In this document: piece after piece, positions 12,390-24,761 of the stretch
How the letters are laid out: every line of letters begins with the position of its first letter
How positions within the stretch are numbered: position 1 is the stretch's first letter
Assembly: GCF_006345805.1 (NCBI RefSeq)
Contig: NW_021830452.1
Span: forward strand, 1 to 64,000
DNA length: 64,000 bases
From: Octopus sinensis
Taxonomy: Eukaryota
Direction of reading: 5' to 3'
Program-made: the position numbers and the translations under genes
The notes under the pieces: model-generated
Databases searched by the model: none
Seen by the model: only the letters and a program-made list of their open reading frames with translations
What the model was told of the DNA's origin: nothing

Positions 12390-12885
12390 CATACGTTGCC
12401 ATAATACAAGAGATTGAGGCCAAGAGGATTTACAATACTGGTCATACCAAAGGCAGACGAGAAACAGAAAGTATCTACACATTTAGAAATAAAGAGTACA
12501 AGTGGAACATTCGAATGTGATAAGTAAACCTGTGTAGACACAACAGGCCATATATAATTCTTATAGGACAGGGAGCAAAAGTGATTCACAGTTGTAGAGA
12601 TCAGCTGAATAGTAGATGATTCAAAGATTAAGGAAACGAAGAACATTTATAGAAAAATTGATGAGAAAACTACAGCTCAAGCAAGAAACATTTACCCAAG
12701 CAATAGACTTTTATTGCTTTCTATTGTCATAGGTGCACGGGGTTACGTAACTAAAAATCTACATGGAGCCGAGAAGTATTTGGGTTCTTTATGAAAGAAT
12801 AAAATAAACTGATTTGCATTTTCGAAATACAATTGAATCGAGGTAACTGTGAAAATTTGTAAAACATTTCAGAAATTCACCATTT
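12390..12885 (+). mobile_element. RLE non-LTR retrotransposon 3' fragment, same family as 2295-2860
   Basis: Across frameshifts: [39 protein letters not shown]. These parallel NKEYWCNV/KHNRPDIMI/IG.L.YVTHYL/TVKIQKF of the first copy. Confidence 0.7.
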
Positions 12886-13221
12886 GAGGTTTCTGGGTTA
12901 AGATATTCACATTGTCACATTTACATATGGGATACACACCGACACACAGACACAGACACAGACACAGACACACATACACACACACACACACACACAGAAC
13001 GCACACACACAGAAACAGACACAGACACAGACACACGCACAGACACACAGATACAGACACACACACACACACACACAAACACATGCATATATCAACCAAT
13101 CCAGGTAACCATAAAACGTGAGAACTGTCTTAAAGAAAAGAATCTTACCAATTTGTTAGTGGTAGGGTTGAATTCTACTAAGGAAAACGACTAAATTCCA
13201 AAGAAACACACACACGCGCGC

Positions 13222-13252
<31 letters not shown>

Positions 13253-13254
13253 TA

Positions 13255-13409
13255 TATTATGTATTGGCTTATGTTTTTCATTGTTTGATTTGCCTAATAG
13301 TGGTTTTATCTGTAATTTAATATATGATATAATATATTTATACTATAAAATTGGATTTAATCCTAAATCTGATTTTTCCCTGTAAGTTTGGATTTATTCC
13401 CTAATATTT

Positions 13410-13415
<6 letters not shown>
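13255..13415 (-). repeat. AT-rich dispersed repeat embedded in (TA)n
   Basis: Reverse complement (ttagggaataaatccaaacttacagggaaaaatcagatttag) matches 57470-57515 on the plus strand (gagggaatactaatcctaacttacagggaaaaattcaatttag). Confidence 0.65.
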
Positions 13416-13445
<30 letters not shown>

Positions 13446-13483
13446 CAGTAAATGTTATTTACACACATATATATATGCATATA

Positions 13484-13705
13484 TATTTCTATACTGCCCA
13501 CAAGGGGATATTCATAGAGGGGACAAACACGGACAGACAAACGGATTAAGTCGATTACATCAGTGCATAACTGGTACTTATTTAATCAACGCCGAAAGGA
13601 TGAAAGGCAAAGTCGACCTCGGTGGAATTTGAACTCAGAACGTAACGGCAGACGAAATACCGCTATGCATTTCGCCCGGCGTGCTAACGTTACTGCCAAC
13701 TCGCC
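13484..13705 (-). mobile_element. family A SINE, tail-1 monomer
   Basis: Full reverse-complement match to the family. Confidence 0.9.
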
Positions 13706-14574
13706 TCCTTTGGTAATATATAATAATAGTGAATACCAAATTATTTCATCCTCGCTTGCGCAACCCGGTGGTTGATGCTTCCTGCCACTACATCACAGCG
13801 TCTCACCATTCATTATATTTCCCAAACCAGAAATACAGAACAAATAAACATTTGCATGATGTTTCTTTTTCATTTTTATTTCAAGAATATTCTGGAAACT
13901 ACTTATGCTAATAGCATTAAATGTTATTATTAACTTTTATTATCTCACTAATTTTAACATTTCAACATTTCTTTACAATGCTTTGGCAGCCATTAGATTT
14001 CAAATTTATTATTATTATTATATTTTCTTTTCCGTTTTGGTTATCTTTTTATGCGCTTTTTCTTAAGACTTTTTGTAGAAAACTCAAATATACACCATTC
14101 TCTACTGAGAAGCCATTGTTGTAAACTATTACTTTGGTAATGAATTATTCTTGATAGTCGAAGATGCGTACATACACACAGATACGCGCGTACACACACA
14201 CACATGCACACACCTATACACTACCACATTATACATATATAAACACATTCATACACAATCGTGCACACAGATATATATATACGCACATATTTATAAATAC
14301 TAATACTTAAAAAAGCACACATATATTCTACTTATATGAAGATAGATATACATAAATCTACATGTGTGTGTGTGTATGTGTGTGTGTGTGTGTGTGTGCG
14401 TGTCTGTAGGTATGTGAGGGTTGAAATAAAGTTAAGATTTCAAATAAAATTTAAGAATAACAATAAAATATTTACAGATATGATGACTTTATACGGAGAG
14501 TCAAAATTATAATGACGATCAAGTTGACTGGGACTTCAAAATACACATACATACATACGTATATGCAAACTTCT

Positions 14575-14575
14575 G

Positions 14576-14655
<80 letters not shown>

Positions 14656-14735
14656 GTATGCGCGTGGCTGTGCGGTAAGAAGCTTGCTTCTCAACCACAT
14701 GGTTCTGGGTTCAGTCTCAGTGTGGCACTTGGCTT
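14575..14735 (+). repeat. (TATC)n followed by a family B SINE head fragment
   Basis: Direct reading; gcgtggctgtgcggtaagaagcttgc...gtggcactt matches the family B 5' end. Confidence 0.8.
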
Positions 14736-15319
14736 TGTTGATACCTGTCCAATATTTTATAAACATCTGACATCATCGGTGTGTTATATAAAGCAGTCTA
14801 ACGCAAATTATTGATTCATCGAGACCTATTTGTGATTGATCGATTTATCAAAAATCTCTATCGAATCATATACACAAAACTTCTGCTTTAAATACGAAAG
14901 TACATATTAAAGAGCACATTAAAAATTTAGTCCAAGATACATTTGTCTGAAAATTGTTATGCTTAGAACACACGTGATCATAGTTTTGTTTGACGAGGTA
15001 CGTATATGGAGGAAAACAAGATAGAATGATACTCCAGAATGGTCTGAAATGCCAACTGTTCTAATGCACAAATCCATGAGAAGCCCATAAATTTACGTCA
15101 AATGTTGAACGTTGGAAAATGTGATTAAGATGGCTGTTGTTTGTCAAGCGATCACGACTTTCTGTATGTTGCCGTATGTTTATAAGAATTTAGTTGCTCG
15201 AGAAAAAGAAACCTGACAATAAACCAACAATGGCCATTTGACAATCGAACCACATTATAAATTGTGAAAGAGCGATATTTAATCATGTTCGTTCTGTTAT
15301 TGAGCTGAAATTTAAACAA

Positions 15320-15353
15320 CCACGCCCTACGCCACGTGACTCTGGTGACGTCA
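15320..15353. promoter_or_regulatory. candidate cis-regulatory cluster: GC/KLF box, E-box and CRE
   Basis: CCACGCCC (15320), CACGTGAC (15333) and TGACGTCA (15346) lie within 34 bp of non-repeat AT-rich DNA. Confidence 0.35.
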
Positions 15354-15917
15354 ACAGCTTGAGAAGGCAAAATCTTCGTCATTTATTTCTTTGTTTCATG
15401 TTGAATGTGTAAAGTATGACACCTTTCAATGTTTGTTGATCTCGCCTTTGGCAGTGCTAATTGTCTTCCAAATAGTTTTGTTTAGTTTGATCGCTTTCAT
15501 TTAGCCTTTCCGCAGTTTCAGTCATTGAGCTGCGGCCAAGCAGGAGCACTGCTGTTGAAGGTTTAAGTTGATTTTTGATGACTCCTGTACTCTGCTTTGT
15601 ATTGCATTTATCTTCTAATCGAGAGAAAAAAGTTTCCCATACAAACGGATGCAACAAGACGGAACCAGATAACGTTTTCTTTTTCTTTTTTTTTTTTGCT
15701 GTAGTTTCAGCTCATAGCTGCGGCCATGCTGATGCACCACCGTTTGCGAGAAAGCTAGCGGGGACGCCGCCATGAGCGGCGTGGTGGGGACCCTCTTCTT
15801 CCCCGCGAGTCACACCGACGCGGCCGTAGCCGCTGCTGCAATAATTTTTGCTCAAAGAACCGATTCTGCTATCTCAAACAAGTACATACATCATACCGGC
15901 ATTATACATACATACAT

Positions 15918-16102
15918 AGGAACAAACAAGGGCAGACAAACGGATTAAGTCGATTACATCGACCCCAGTGCGCAACTGGTACTTAATTTATCGACCCCGA
16001 AAGGATGTAAAGCGAAGTCGACCTCGGCGGAATTTGAACTCAGAACGTAGACAGACGAAAGCATTTCGCTCGGCGTGCTAAATTTTCAGTCAGCTCGCCG
16101 CC
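15918..16102 (-). mobile_element. family A SINE, 3'-truncated
   Basis: Reverse-complement match; divergent to the array at 16203. Confidence 0.9.
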
Positions 16103-16202
16103 TTAGAGGATGTAAAAATAATATTATTATGATCCTTGCTAACAACACATACTTAACAGCAAGTGATGTTTATTGTTGCAATTAGATGTAATATGTTAAA
16201 GT

Positions 16203-17330
16203 GGCGAGCTGGCAGAAACGTTTGCACGCCGGGCGAAATGCGCAGCCGTATTTCGTCTGCCGTTACTTTCTGAGTTCAAATTCCGCCGAGGTCGACTTTG
16301 CCTTTCATCCTTTCGGGGTCGATAAATAAAGTACCAGTAAGGCACTGGGGTCGATGTAATCGACTTAATCCGTTTGTCTGTCCTTGTTTGTCCTCTCTGT
16401 GTGTAGTCCCTTGCGGTAGTAAAGAAATACGTATTTCGTCTGCCATTACGTTCTGAGTTCAAATTCCGCCGAGGTCGACTTTGCCTTTCATCCTTTCGGG
16501 GTCGATAAATAAAGTACCAGTAAGGCACTGGGGTCGATGTAATCGACTTAATCCGTTTGTCTGTCCTTGTTTGTCCTCTCTGTGTGTAGTCCCTTGCGGT
16601 AGTAAAGAAATACGTATTTCGTCTGCCATTACGTTCTGAGTTCAAATTCCACCGAGGTCGACTTTGCCTTTCATCCTTTCGGGGTCGATAAATAAAGTAC
16701 CAGTAAGGCACTGGGGTCGATGTAATCGACTTAATCCGTTTGTCTGTCCTTGTTTGTCCTCTCTGTGTGTAGTCCCTTGCGGTAGTAAAGAAATACGTAT
16801 TTCGTCTGCCGTTACTTTCTGAGTTCAAATTCCGCCGAGGTCGACTTTGCCTTTCATCCTTTCGGGGTCGATAAATAAAGTACCAGTAAGGCACTGGGGT
16901 CGATGTAATCGACTTAATCCGTTTGTCTGTCCTTGTTTGTCCTCTCTGTGTGTAGTCCCTTGCGGTAGTAAAGAAATACGTATTTCGTCTGCCATTACGT
17001 TCTGAGTTCAAATTCCACCGAGGTCGACTTTGCCTTTCATCCTTTCGGGGTCGATAAATAAAGTACCAGTAAGGCACTGGGGTCGATGTAATCGACTTAA
17101 TCCGTTTGTCTGTCCTTGTTTGTCCTCTCTGTGTGTAGTCCCTTGCGGTAGTAAAGAAATACGTATTTCGTCTGCCATTACGTTCTGAGTTCAAATTCCG
17201 CCGAGGTCGACTTTGCCTTTCATCCTTTCGGGATCGACAAATTACGTAGCAGTTGCATACTGGGGTCGATTTAATTGATTGGCCCTCTCCCCCCAAATTT
17301 CGGTCCTTGTGCCTAGAATAGAAAAGAATT
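16203..17330 (+). repeat. SINE-derived tandem array: head + 5 x 183-bp module + terminal tail-2 unit
   Basis: gtatttcgtc recurs at 16248, 16431, 16614, 16797, 16980 and 17163 (period 183). The five full modules differ at only three sites. Confidence 0.95.
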
Positions 17331-17360
17331 AGGAGTTATATGTTTGAGTTAATGCATATA

Positions 17361-17570
17361 GGTGAGCTGGCAGAATGGTTAGCACGCCGAGCAAAATGCT
17401 TGGCGGCATTTCGTTCGTCTTTATGTGCTGAGTTCTAATTCCACCGAGGTCGACATTGCGCTTCATTCTATCGGATGTCGATAAATTAAATATCAGTTGA
17501 ACACTAGGGTCGATGTGATCGTCTACTCCCCTACCTCGAAATTACTGGCCTAGTGCCAAAATTTGAAGCC
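17361..17570 (+). mobile_element. older family A SINE (tail-2)
   Basis: Diverged full-length match directly after the array. Confidence 0.85.
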
Positions 17571-17639
17571 ATTATTCTTTTATTTGTTTCAGTCATTTGA
17601 CAGCGTCCATGCTAGAGCACCGCCTTTTAGTCGAACATG

Positions 17640-17760
17640 CCATTAAGTCAGCTCCTCTCGATAGCTATACTAATGATGCAAAAGTATCACGAGTGGTCAA
17701 GGACAACCTTAAAACTGCGAAAACACCTGAATACAATATACAAGTGAGCTGAATGAAAGA
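17640..17760 (+). mobile_element. short CR1/L2-type RT fragment
   Basis: IKSAPLDSYTNDAKVSRVVK resembles the RT motif-5 context IKS..L.SYADDTK.S..IK. Confidence 0.4.
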
Positions 17761-19157
17761 GCCTGAAGAGTTCCCAGCACTTTACTATCGATCCACAAGC
17801 AGAATACAATATATGTGTGTGTAAGTTTGTGTGTGTGTGGGTGCGTGTGTATGTGTGCGTGTGTGCATACATGTATGTATGTAACATCGAGATCATCATT
17901 ATCATTTTTACATTCGCTTTTCATAGTGGCATGGTTGGACCGGTGACCGCAGTCTGAGTCATCGCCCGGTAGGAGCTTATTGCCAACCATTTTACAAAGT
18001 TTACCGGTTGCGTTTTGTGGTACCAGCATTACCAAGATTGTGTGTGTATGTGTGTACGTGTACGCGCGTGCGTGTGTGTATGAGTGTGTGTACATAAGTA
18101 TGTGTGTGTGTATGAGCAACAATAGCGTAGGTGAAGAGGGGGCGGGGGAGCAGTCCATCTTGTACGACGCTTTTAAGGAGGCGGCACATCTGGGTTTGCT
18201 GCATAAGTCTGTGTAGAGTGTTAGGGGCCCCGCTGTGGAGGAAAGATAAAGGGCTACCCCGGGCGGCACATACTCCATTCTAAAGAGCTAGACAAGTACT
18301 GTGTTCGATGTAATCGAATGAAATCCTTCAATCAAGATTGCTGGTGATGTACTTATATTAAATACAAAAATTTGAATTAAATAGAAAAAAATGACTGTTC
18401 CCTGAATAACATAGGCGAATCAACCATTCAGTCCCCTATTTTCGAGTAATAAAAATGAAACACCTGCAAGGATTTGATCTTAGAGACTATCGGTTAATAA
18501 TCCATTAGTTGTTCAGCTGGTCATTTCACCACCATACTACATACGTGACTTTACAGGTAGATAGATTGGTGAATATATTATAGGTGGATATGTTGAAAAG
18601 ATAGGTAGAAAGAAAGATAGGTTGATATATTGATAGTTGAGTTGTCAATAGTTTTCTCTCTCGCTGTTAAAATTAAAAAGAAAAAAAAAAACCCAGCCAT
18701 GATGCGTTCGTAACTGTACAACAGAGATTTTAATACGTTTTCAGAAATTCAGTGCAGTAAAAGTGAGGTTTTAATATACTAGTAATTGGTTTTAATATTA
18801 GTTTATCTAACTGTTTTCTACCTGGGTATATTTTTAGCTCTTAGCTTGGTTATGGAAATAATAGCGTTGTAATAGCGCCATTTTCCACTGTTGTGCATTT
18901 TCTCAGTTTCACATACAGATATGTACATGAAGATGAATATTGATTTATCTCTTGAGGATGTGGATGTATATACATATGTACACAAATACACACACACACA
19001 CACACACACACATTCACTCACATGCACTCATTCACTCACACACATATACATACATACATGCATACATACATACATACACACACATATATGTATACATAGT
19101 GAAAGAGAGGGAGAGAGGGAAAGAGAAAGAGAGAGAGAGAGAAAAAGAGACACAGAA

Positions 19158-19188
<31 letters not shown>

Positions 19189-19486
19189 AAGAAAGAGAGA
19201 GAGAGTGAGAGAGAGAGAGACTATTTTTCATAATTTAGTTTTAAACTATTATATTTCTGATATCTCCAGACGAGAACTTAATAGAAAGAAGGAAAGAAAA
19301 AAGGAAGGAAGAAAAGGAGGAAGGAAGGAAGGAATAAAGGAAGGAAGGAAGGAAGGAAGGGGAAGAAAAAAACATGCATATTTTCGTCTGGAAACACTTA
19401 TGAAGCGATCATTGGCACTTCCGCTTCAAGAAATCCATGGATAACATTGATAAGAGCTAACTAAACGACCTCTGAACAATCTGAAA

Positions 19487-19487
<1 letters not shown>

Positions 19488-19553
<66 letters not shown>

Positions 19554-19571
19554 GCTGCTGTGCTGCTGCTG

Positions 19572-19640
<69 letters not shown>

Positions 19641-19648
19641 TTGCTGCA
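19488..19648. repeat. duplicated (CTA)n-(CTG)n compound trinucleotide repeat
   Basis: The CTA-to-CTG block occurs twice in tandem. Confidence 0.9.
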
Positions 19649-20203
19649 CCCAACATACCTGTATCTCTTGAACTTTTATTTCTTGTACTAACACATACAT
19701 ACGCAATAAAGGGGAGAAAATGTGGTAAATAAACAAGCAATATATACTGTGTGTACAACCAGACGGGAAACAAACGCAGAAGGTCCCCTGATTCTTCATC
19801 AGTTATCAACCAATTGGTAACACTCAGTTTTGCACCACATACATACAGGTCGGTAGGTAGATGTATGTGGGTATAATATGTACTCTTTTACTCTTATGGT
19901 TGTTTCGTTCATTGGACTGCGACCATCATGGAGCATTGAAGGATATCGTAGACCCCTGTACATCATTTAAGTCTGGTACATAGACCTCGCTTTACTAAAT
20001 TGTAAGATTACTGGGGCCGTTTATAAACCAAGCGAGCTAAGCACAAGTACACACATACACTCACACACACACACACTTGCACACGCTCTTATTCAGTCTT
20101 ACACGTACACACACGCACATAGACTCACTTTCTCAATCTCTCTGTTTCTCTCTCTCTCGCACACGCACACTCACTCACACACACACACACCACACACACA
20201 CAC

Positions 20204-20244
<41 letters not shown>

Positions 20245-21073
20245 ACACACACACACACGCACACACACTTATACACACACATATTTCTTGCAAGTGAAAT
20301 GACCTCTGTGACTTCCCCGCCGAGAACTCTGAACATTGAAAACTCTTAGTTATGAACCCCAGCGGACTTGAAACCAGAAAATTGTCTCGACTTTTGTGTT
20401 GTTGGAGACAGTTACTGCTGCTGCAGCTGCTGCTGCTGCCATTAATGCTGCTGCTAACGCTGCTGCTGCTGCTGCTGTTTTACTCCCAGGTGAGTTCTGA
20501 TTCATCAGATGCTTAAAGACACTTGAACCGTAATCATCTCTTTACAGAATTATGTCTAAGTACATTAAGATGCCTTGTTCATTCCTCCCAAAACGGGATA
20601 TGGTCCAAGGGAAATTTGGCTGCTACTTTTAACAAGTCAACCGACCGCATAAAAGCCGGCACTCGTTCACATTTATCTTGATGATGATAACAGCATATGT
20701 CGTTGTAGTGGTGTCTACATGTTGTAGTAGTGGTGGTAGTTGTAAATGCAACACTGAAATTTAACGCTTGGTTACTTTCAAATGTCCGCTTTCATTTTCT
20801 CTTTTTTTTTTATGTATCTTCCCTTGCGGTGAGGGCGGAAGCATCTATTTATCTTTTTTCTTTTATTTTTCTGTTTGAAGCCTACCTCTGAGCCATACCC
20901 CGAATAGCCCAGATATTTGTCGCTTATAGCGCATATCTTGGTATCCTTAACATCCGCTATGAGACTGCATTCCGGAAATATTCACAGATCAGCAAACGCG
21001 CATCGTTTGTCTTAATGACAACACAATCATGTTCTCGGCATCTTTCTGTGCATTATTTAAATATATATATATG

Positions 21074-21170
<97 letters not shown>

Positions 21171-21280
21171 CACACATACTCAACTAAATTACTTAAATTA
21201 CTTTCTCTGCTTTTTCTCTTTCACGCACACATTTACATGCTCACTCACACACATACACACATACACATACATAGACAGAC

Positions 21281-21714
<434 letters not shown>

Positions 21715-21991
21715 AGGTAGTGAGAGAGGTGGGGGAGAAGAAGAAATAAAATTATGGTGCTTTAAACTTATATCGTCCGCATGAAACATGTTCCAGAACA
21801 GATAAGACTCCAAGCCAATGATAAATACTGAAATTATCTTCAAAATAAGAAAAAGGTGAGTTGATTCCTCTGCACATGCAAAAAAATATGCATTAATAAA
21901 AAACGTTACAAAGAAACAAAATCGCGAGGGGTTAGAGTTAAGGCTTAAGGATTAAAGTTAGGGGTTTAAGATTAGAGTTTAAGGATTAAAG

Positions 21992-22110
21992 CAGTGTTTC
22001 TCAAACATTGTTTAGCTATGGAGCCCTTTCATTCTTATTTTATTCTGCTGGATCTCATTAATCATGGGATGTTTAAAAAAAAGTCCCATTATATTTTCAT
22101 GATTAAATAT
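21992..22110 (+). mobile_element. hAT (Charlie-like) MITE left end
   Basis: cagtgtttctcaaac TIR; the internal sequence resembles the element at 24376. Interrupted by a SINE. Confidence 0.65.
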
Positions 22111-22258
22111 TCTTTTACTTGTTTCAGTCATTTGACTGCAGCCATGTTGGGGCACCGCCTTTAGTCTAACAAATCGACTCCAGGACTTTTTGCTGAACCG
22201 CTAGATTACGGGGACGTAAACATACCAGCAACGGTTTTCAAGCGATGGTGTGGGGGAC
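22111..22258 (-). mobile_element. family B SINE 3' half
   Basis: cttttacttgtttcagtcatttgactgcagccatg is the reverse complement of the family B tail. Confidence 0.8.
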
Positions 22259-22262
22259 TTTT

Positions 22263-22494
22263 TGGCGGCGAGCTAGCAGAAGCGTTAGCACACCGGGCGA
22301 AATGCTTTGCGGTACTTCGTCTGCTGTTACGTTGTGAGTTCAAATTCCGCCGAGGTCGACTTTGCCTTTCATCCTTTCGGGGTCGATAAATTAAGTACCA
22401 GTTACGCACTGGGGTCGATGTAATCGACATAATACCTATGTCTGTCCTTGTTTGTCCCCTCTATTTTTAGCCCCTTGTGGGTAATAAAGAAATA
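22263..22494 (+). mobile_element. family A SINE tail-1 monomer with 12-bp TSD
   Basis: TSD ggtgtgggggac at 22247-22258 and 22495-22506; inserted into the family B copy. Confidence 0.9.
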
Positions 22495-22764
22495 GGTGTG
22501 GGGGACAGGCACAGACACATATATATATATATATATTGCGTCTGTCTCTACGATCTGAGTTCAAATTCTGTTGGAGCCGACTTTGCCTTTCATCCGTTTC
22601 AGGGAGCGATAAAATAATTACCAGTTGAGTGCTGGCAGGCAGGCAAACACAACAGACAGACCGGCATTTAGATAGGTCAATAAATTAAGTACCAGTGAAA
22701 TACTGAGGTCGATGTAATTGACTAGTCCCCTCCCCACCAAATTGTGAAAAGAATTATTATTATC

Positions 22765-23103
<339 letters not shown>

Positions 23104-23677
23104 AATTACAGTTTAGTATTCCCCATTCTCAGGATTTTGTTTCCTCATAACCGTTTTTTTTTTTAATAATGCATATTTTTGTACGCGTTAAGGAATCTTC
23201 CAAACTATTTTCCATTTTGAACATTGCTCTGGAGTTGAAATCCCGACTTGCACTAAATTCCATTTCCAGAATAAATATCTAAATTGAAAAGAAGCGAAAA
23301 TAGGAAGTGTGACTTACACGATAAGCAATAAATTGCGTTCCTGGGAGTTCTTTAACATTAAGTATGACATATAATATATATTATCCAGCCATCGACTTGT
23401 ATGCTAATGGTCAGAAAAATCAATCGGTAACATAACTGTTAATGCAAGTACAGGAAAAACGATCTCGCATAAATGCGTGTGGCTTAGATTCATGTTGGTA
23501 AAAAACTCTGCTGTCTGTCGTTAGAACACAGTTATCTATAGCTGTTTGTTCCATAAGTAATCCTATGTGTGTGCGTGTCTGTGTGTGCGCGCGTCTGTGT
23601 GTGTACACGCGCGTGTGAATATGTATATGTATATATGTATATATATACATGCATACATATGTGTCTATATATATATA

Positions 23678-23880
23678 GTTAATCCAAACATGAAGAAAGA
23701 GAAAACACAACAACGCGAGGACGTGGAAGAAGCATAGTGTTATTGGACGCTCAGGAAAGGAAAGACAGAAGGAGGATTCAACGTTTCGAGCGGAGCTCTT
23801 CGTCAGAAACATAGAAAAAGGAAAGGTCGAAGGAAGGGAAGACGGAGAAAGAAAATCGCCAACGATACACACGCGGTCAC
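23678..23880 (-). mobile_element. Penelope-like terminal repeat fragment in (TA)n
   Basis: Carries a minimal hammerhead and shares the ttcctgagcg(t/c)ca-taa(c/t)ac motif with the terminus of the PLE at 60300. Confidence 0.65.
23775..23811 (-). ncRNA. minimal type I hammerhead ribozyme motif
   Basis: Minus strand gttt-CTGACGA-a-gagc-tcc-gctc-GAAAC-GTT-gaat: intact core, 4-bp stem II, palindromic stem III (aacgtt), weakened stem I. Confidence 0.6.
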
Positions 23881-24375
23881 ATATTGAAAGACAAGTCATA
23901 GATAATGGTCATCACATATTTTTCGTTATTGTAGTAAATTTGACTTACAGCTGTTTCCAGTAGTCATTATAGGTTTACTCAATCGGCCCCTTGGTCGTTT
24001 GAGAAAAACTGAACGATCTAGAAATGTAATGCTGCTTTCGTCAGTCATTTCTGGTTATAACAAAATCGAACACCGAAGGAATGGTACGGACATGAGGATG
24101 AGGACGAAGAGAAAGAATAAGAATAAGTGTAATTGAATAAGATGATTAATTGAAAGAGAGATAAAGAAGAAAGGGGGAAAGTAGTCAAGGTTTGGAAAGG
24201 AAGGACTAAAATGAAGAGAAAGAAAGGAAGAGAGGAAGGAAAAGAGAATAGAAATGGGAAGGTTTTCAACAGAGAAGGGGTCAGGGGATGACTGAAACTG
24301 AGGATGGGATATTCATAAAAACATTAGTGCTTGTAACTGCGTCATCACACACGAAAACATTTACACTGTCTACAG

Positions 24376-24761
24376 CAAGGGTTCTCAGCCATTTTTTTTT
24401 TATCTATGGACCCCTTTGATTATTATTTTATTCTGGTGAACCCCCATAGCCATTCGATGTTTAAAAACTAGCTTTTATAGAAAATTCGTTCAAAATTCCT
24501 ATTTTGTTTTTCATACGTTAACTTATGTAGCGTTGAACAATGTAAAATGTTAGAGAAAGAACCCTAGCAGTTTCTTGCAACACCTACCAATACATACAGC
24601 TAAAGCAAAATTTTTTCAGGGGCCCTTAAAATACTATTTGTAAACAATTTACTATTTTGTTGCGTGAACCGCCAAAAATCTTAAACCTGTACTTAGTTTC
24701 CTTATATGTCTGGTCTATATGGTAATTACTAAAGTCCGTAGACCCTGGTTGAGAACCCTTG
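24376..24761. mobile_element. hAT (Charlie-like) MITE, 386 bp
   Basis: TIRs caagggttctcagcca / tggttgagaacccttg (15/16); degenerate 8-bp TSD gtctacag / atctacaa. Confidence 0.85.

Noticed and set aside
16196-17296. 366-aa repetitive ORF
   Set aside because: It is the antisense frame of a SINE array whose 183-bp period preserves frame; there is no start context or protein motif.
16248-17330. CRISPR-like regular array
   Set aside because: The units are contiguous near-identical repeats with no unique spacers, there are no cas genes, and the context is eukaryotic.
20875-21050. HTPNSPDI string resembling mariner PYSPD
   Set aside because: Too short, with no supporting flanking motifs.
21925-21990. 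Degenerate TTAGGG-like run (also 39610-39715)
   Set aside because: Almost no exact telomeric units; more likely low-complexity interior of a repeat than an interstitial telomere.
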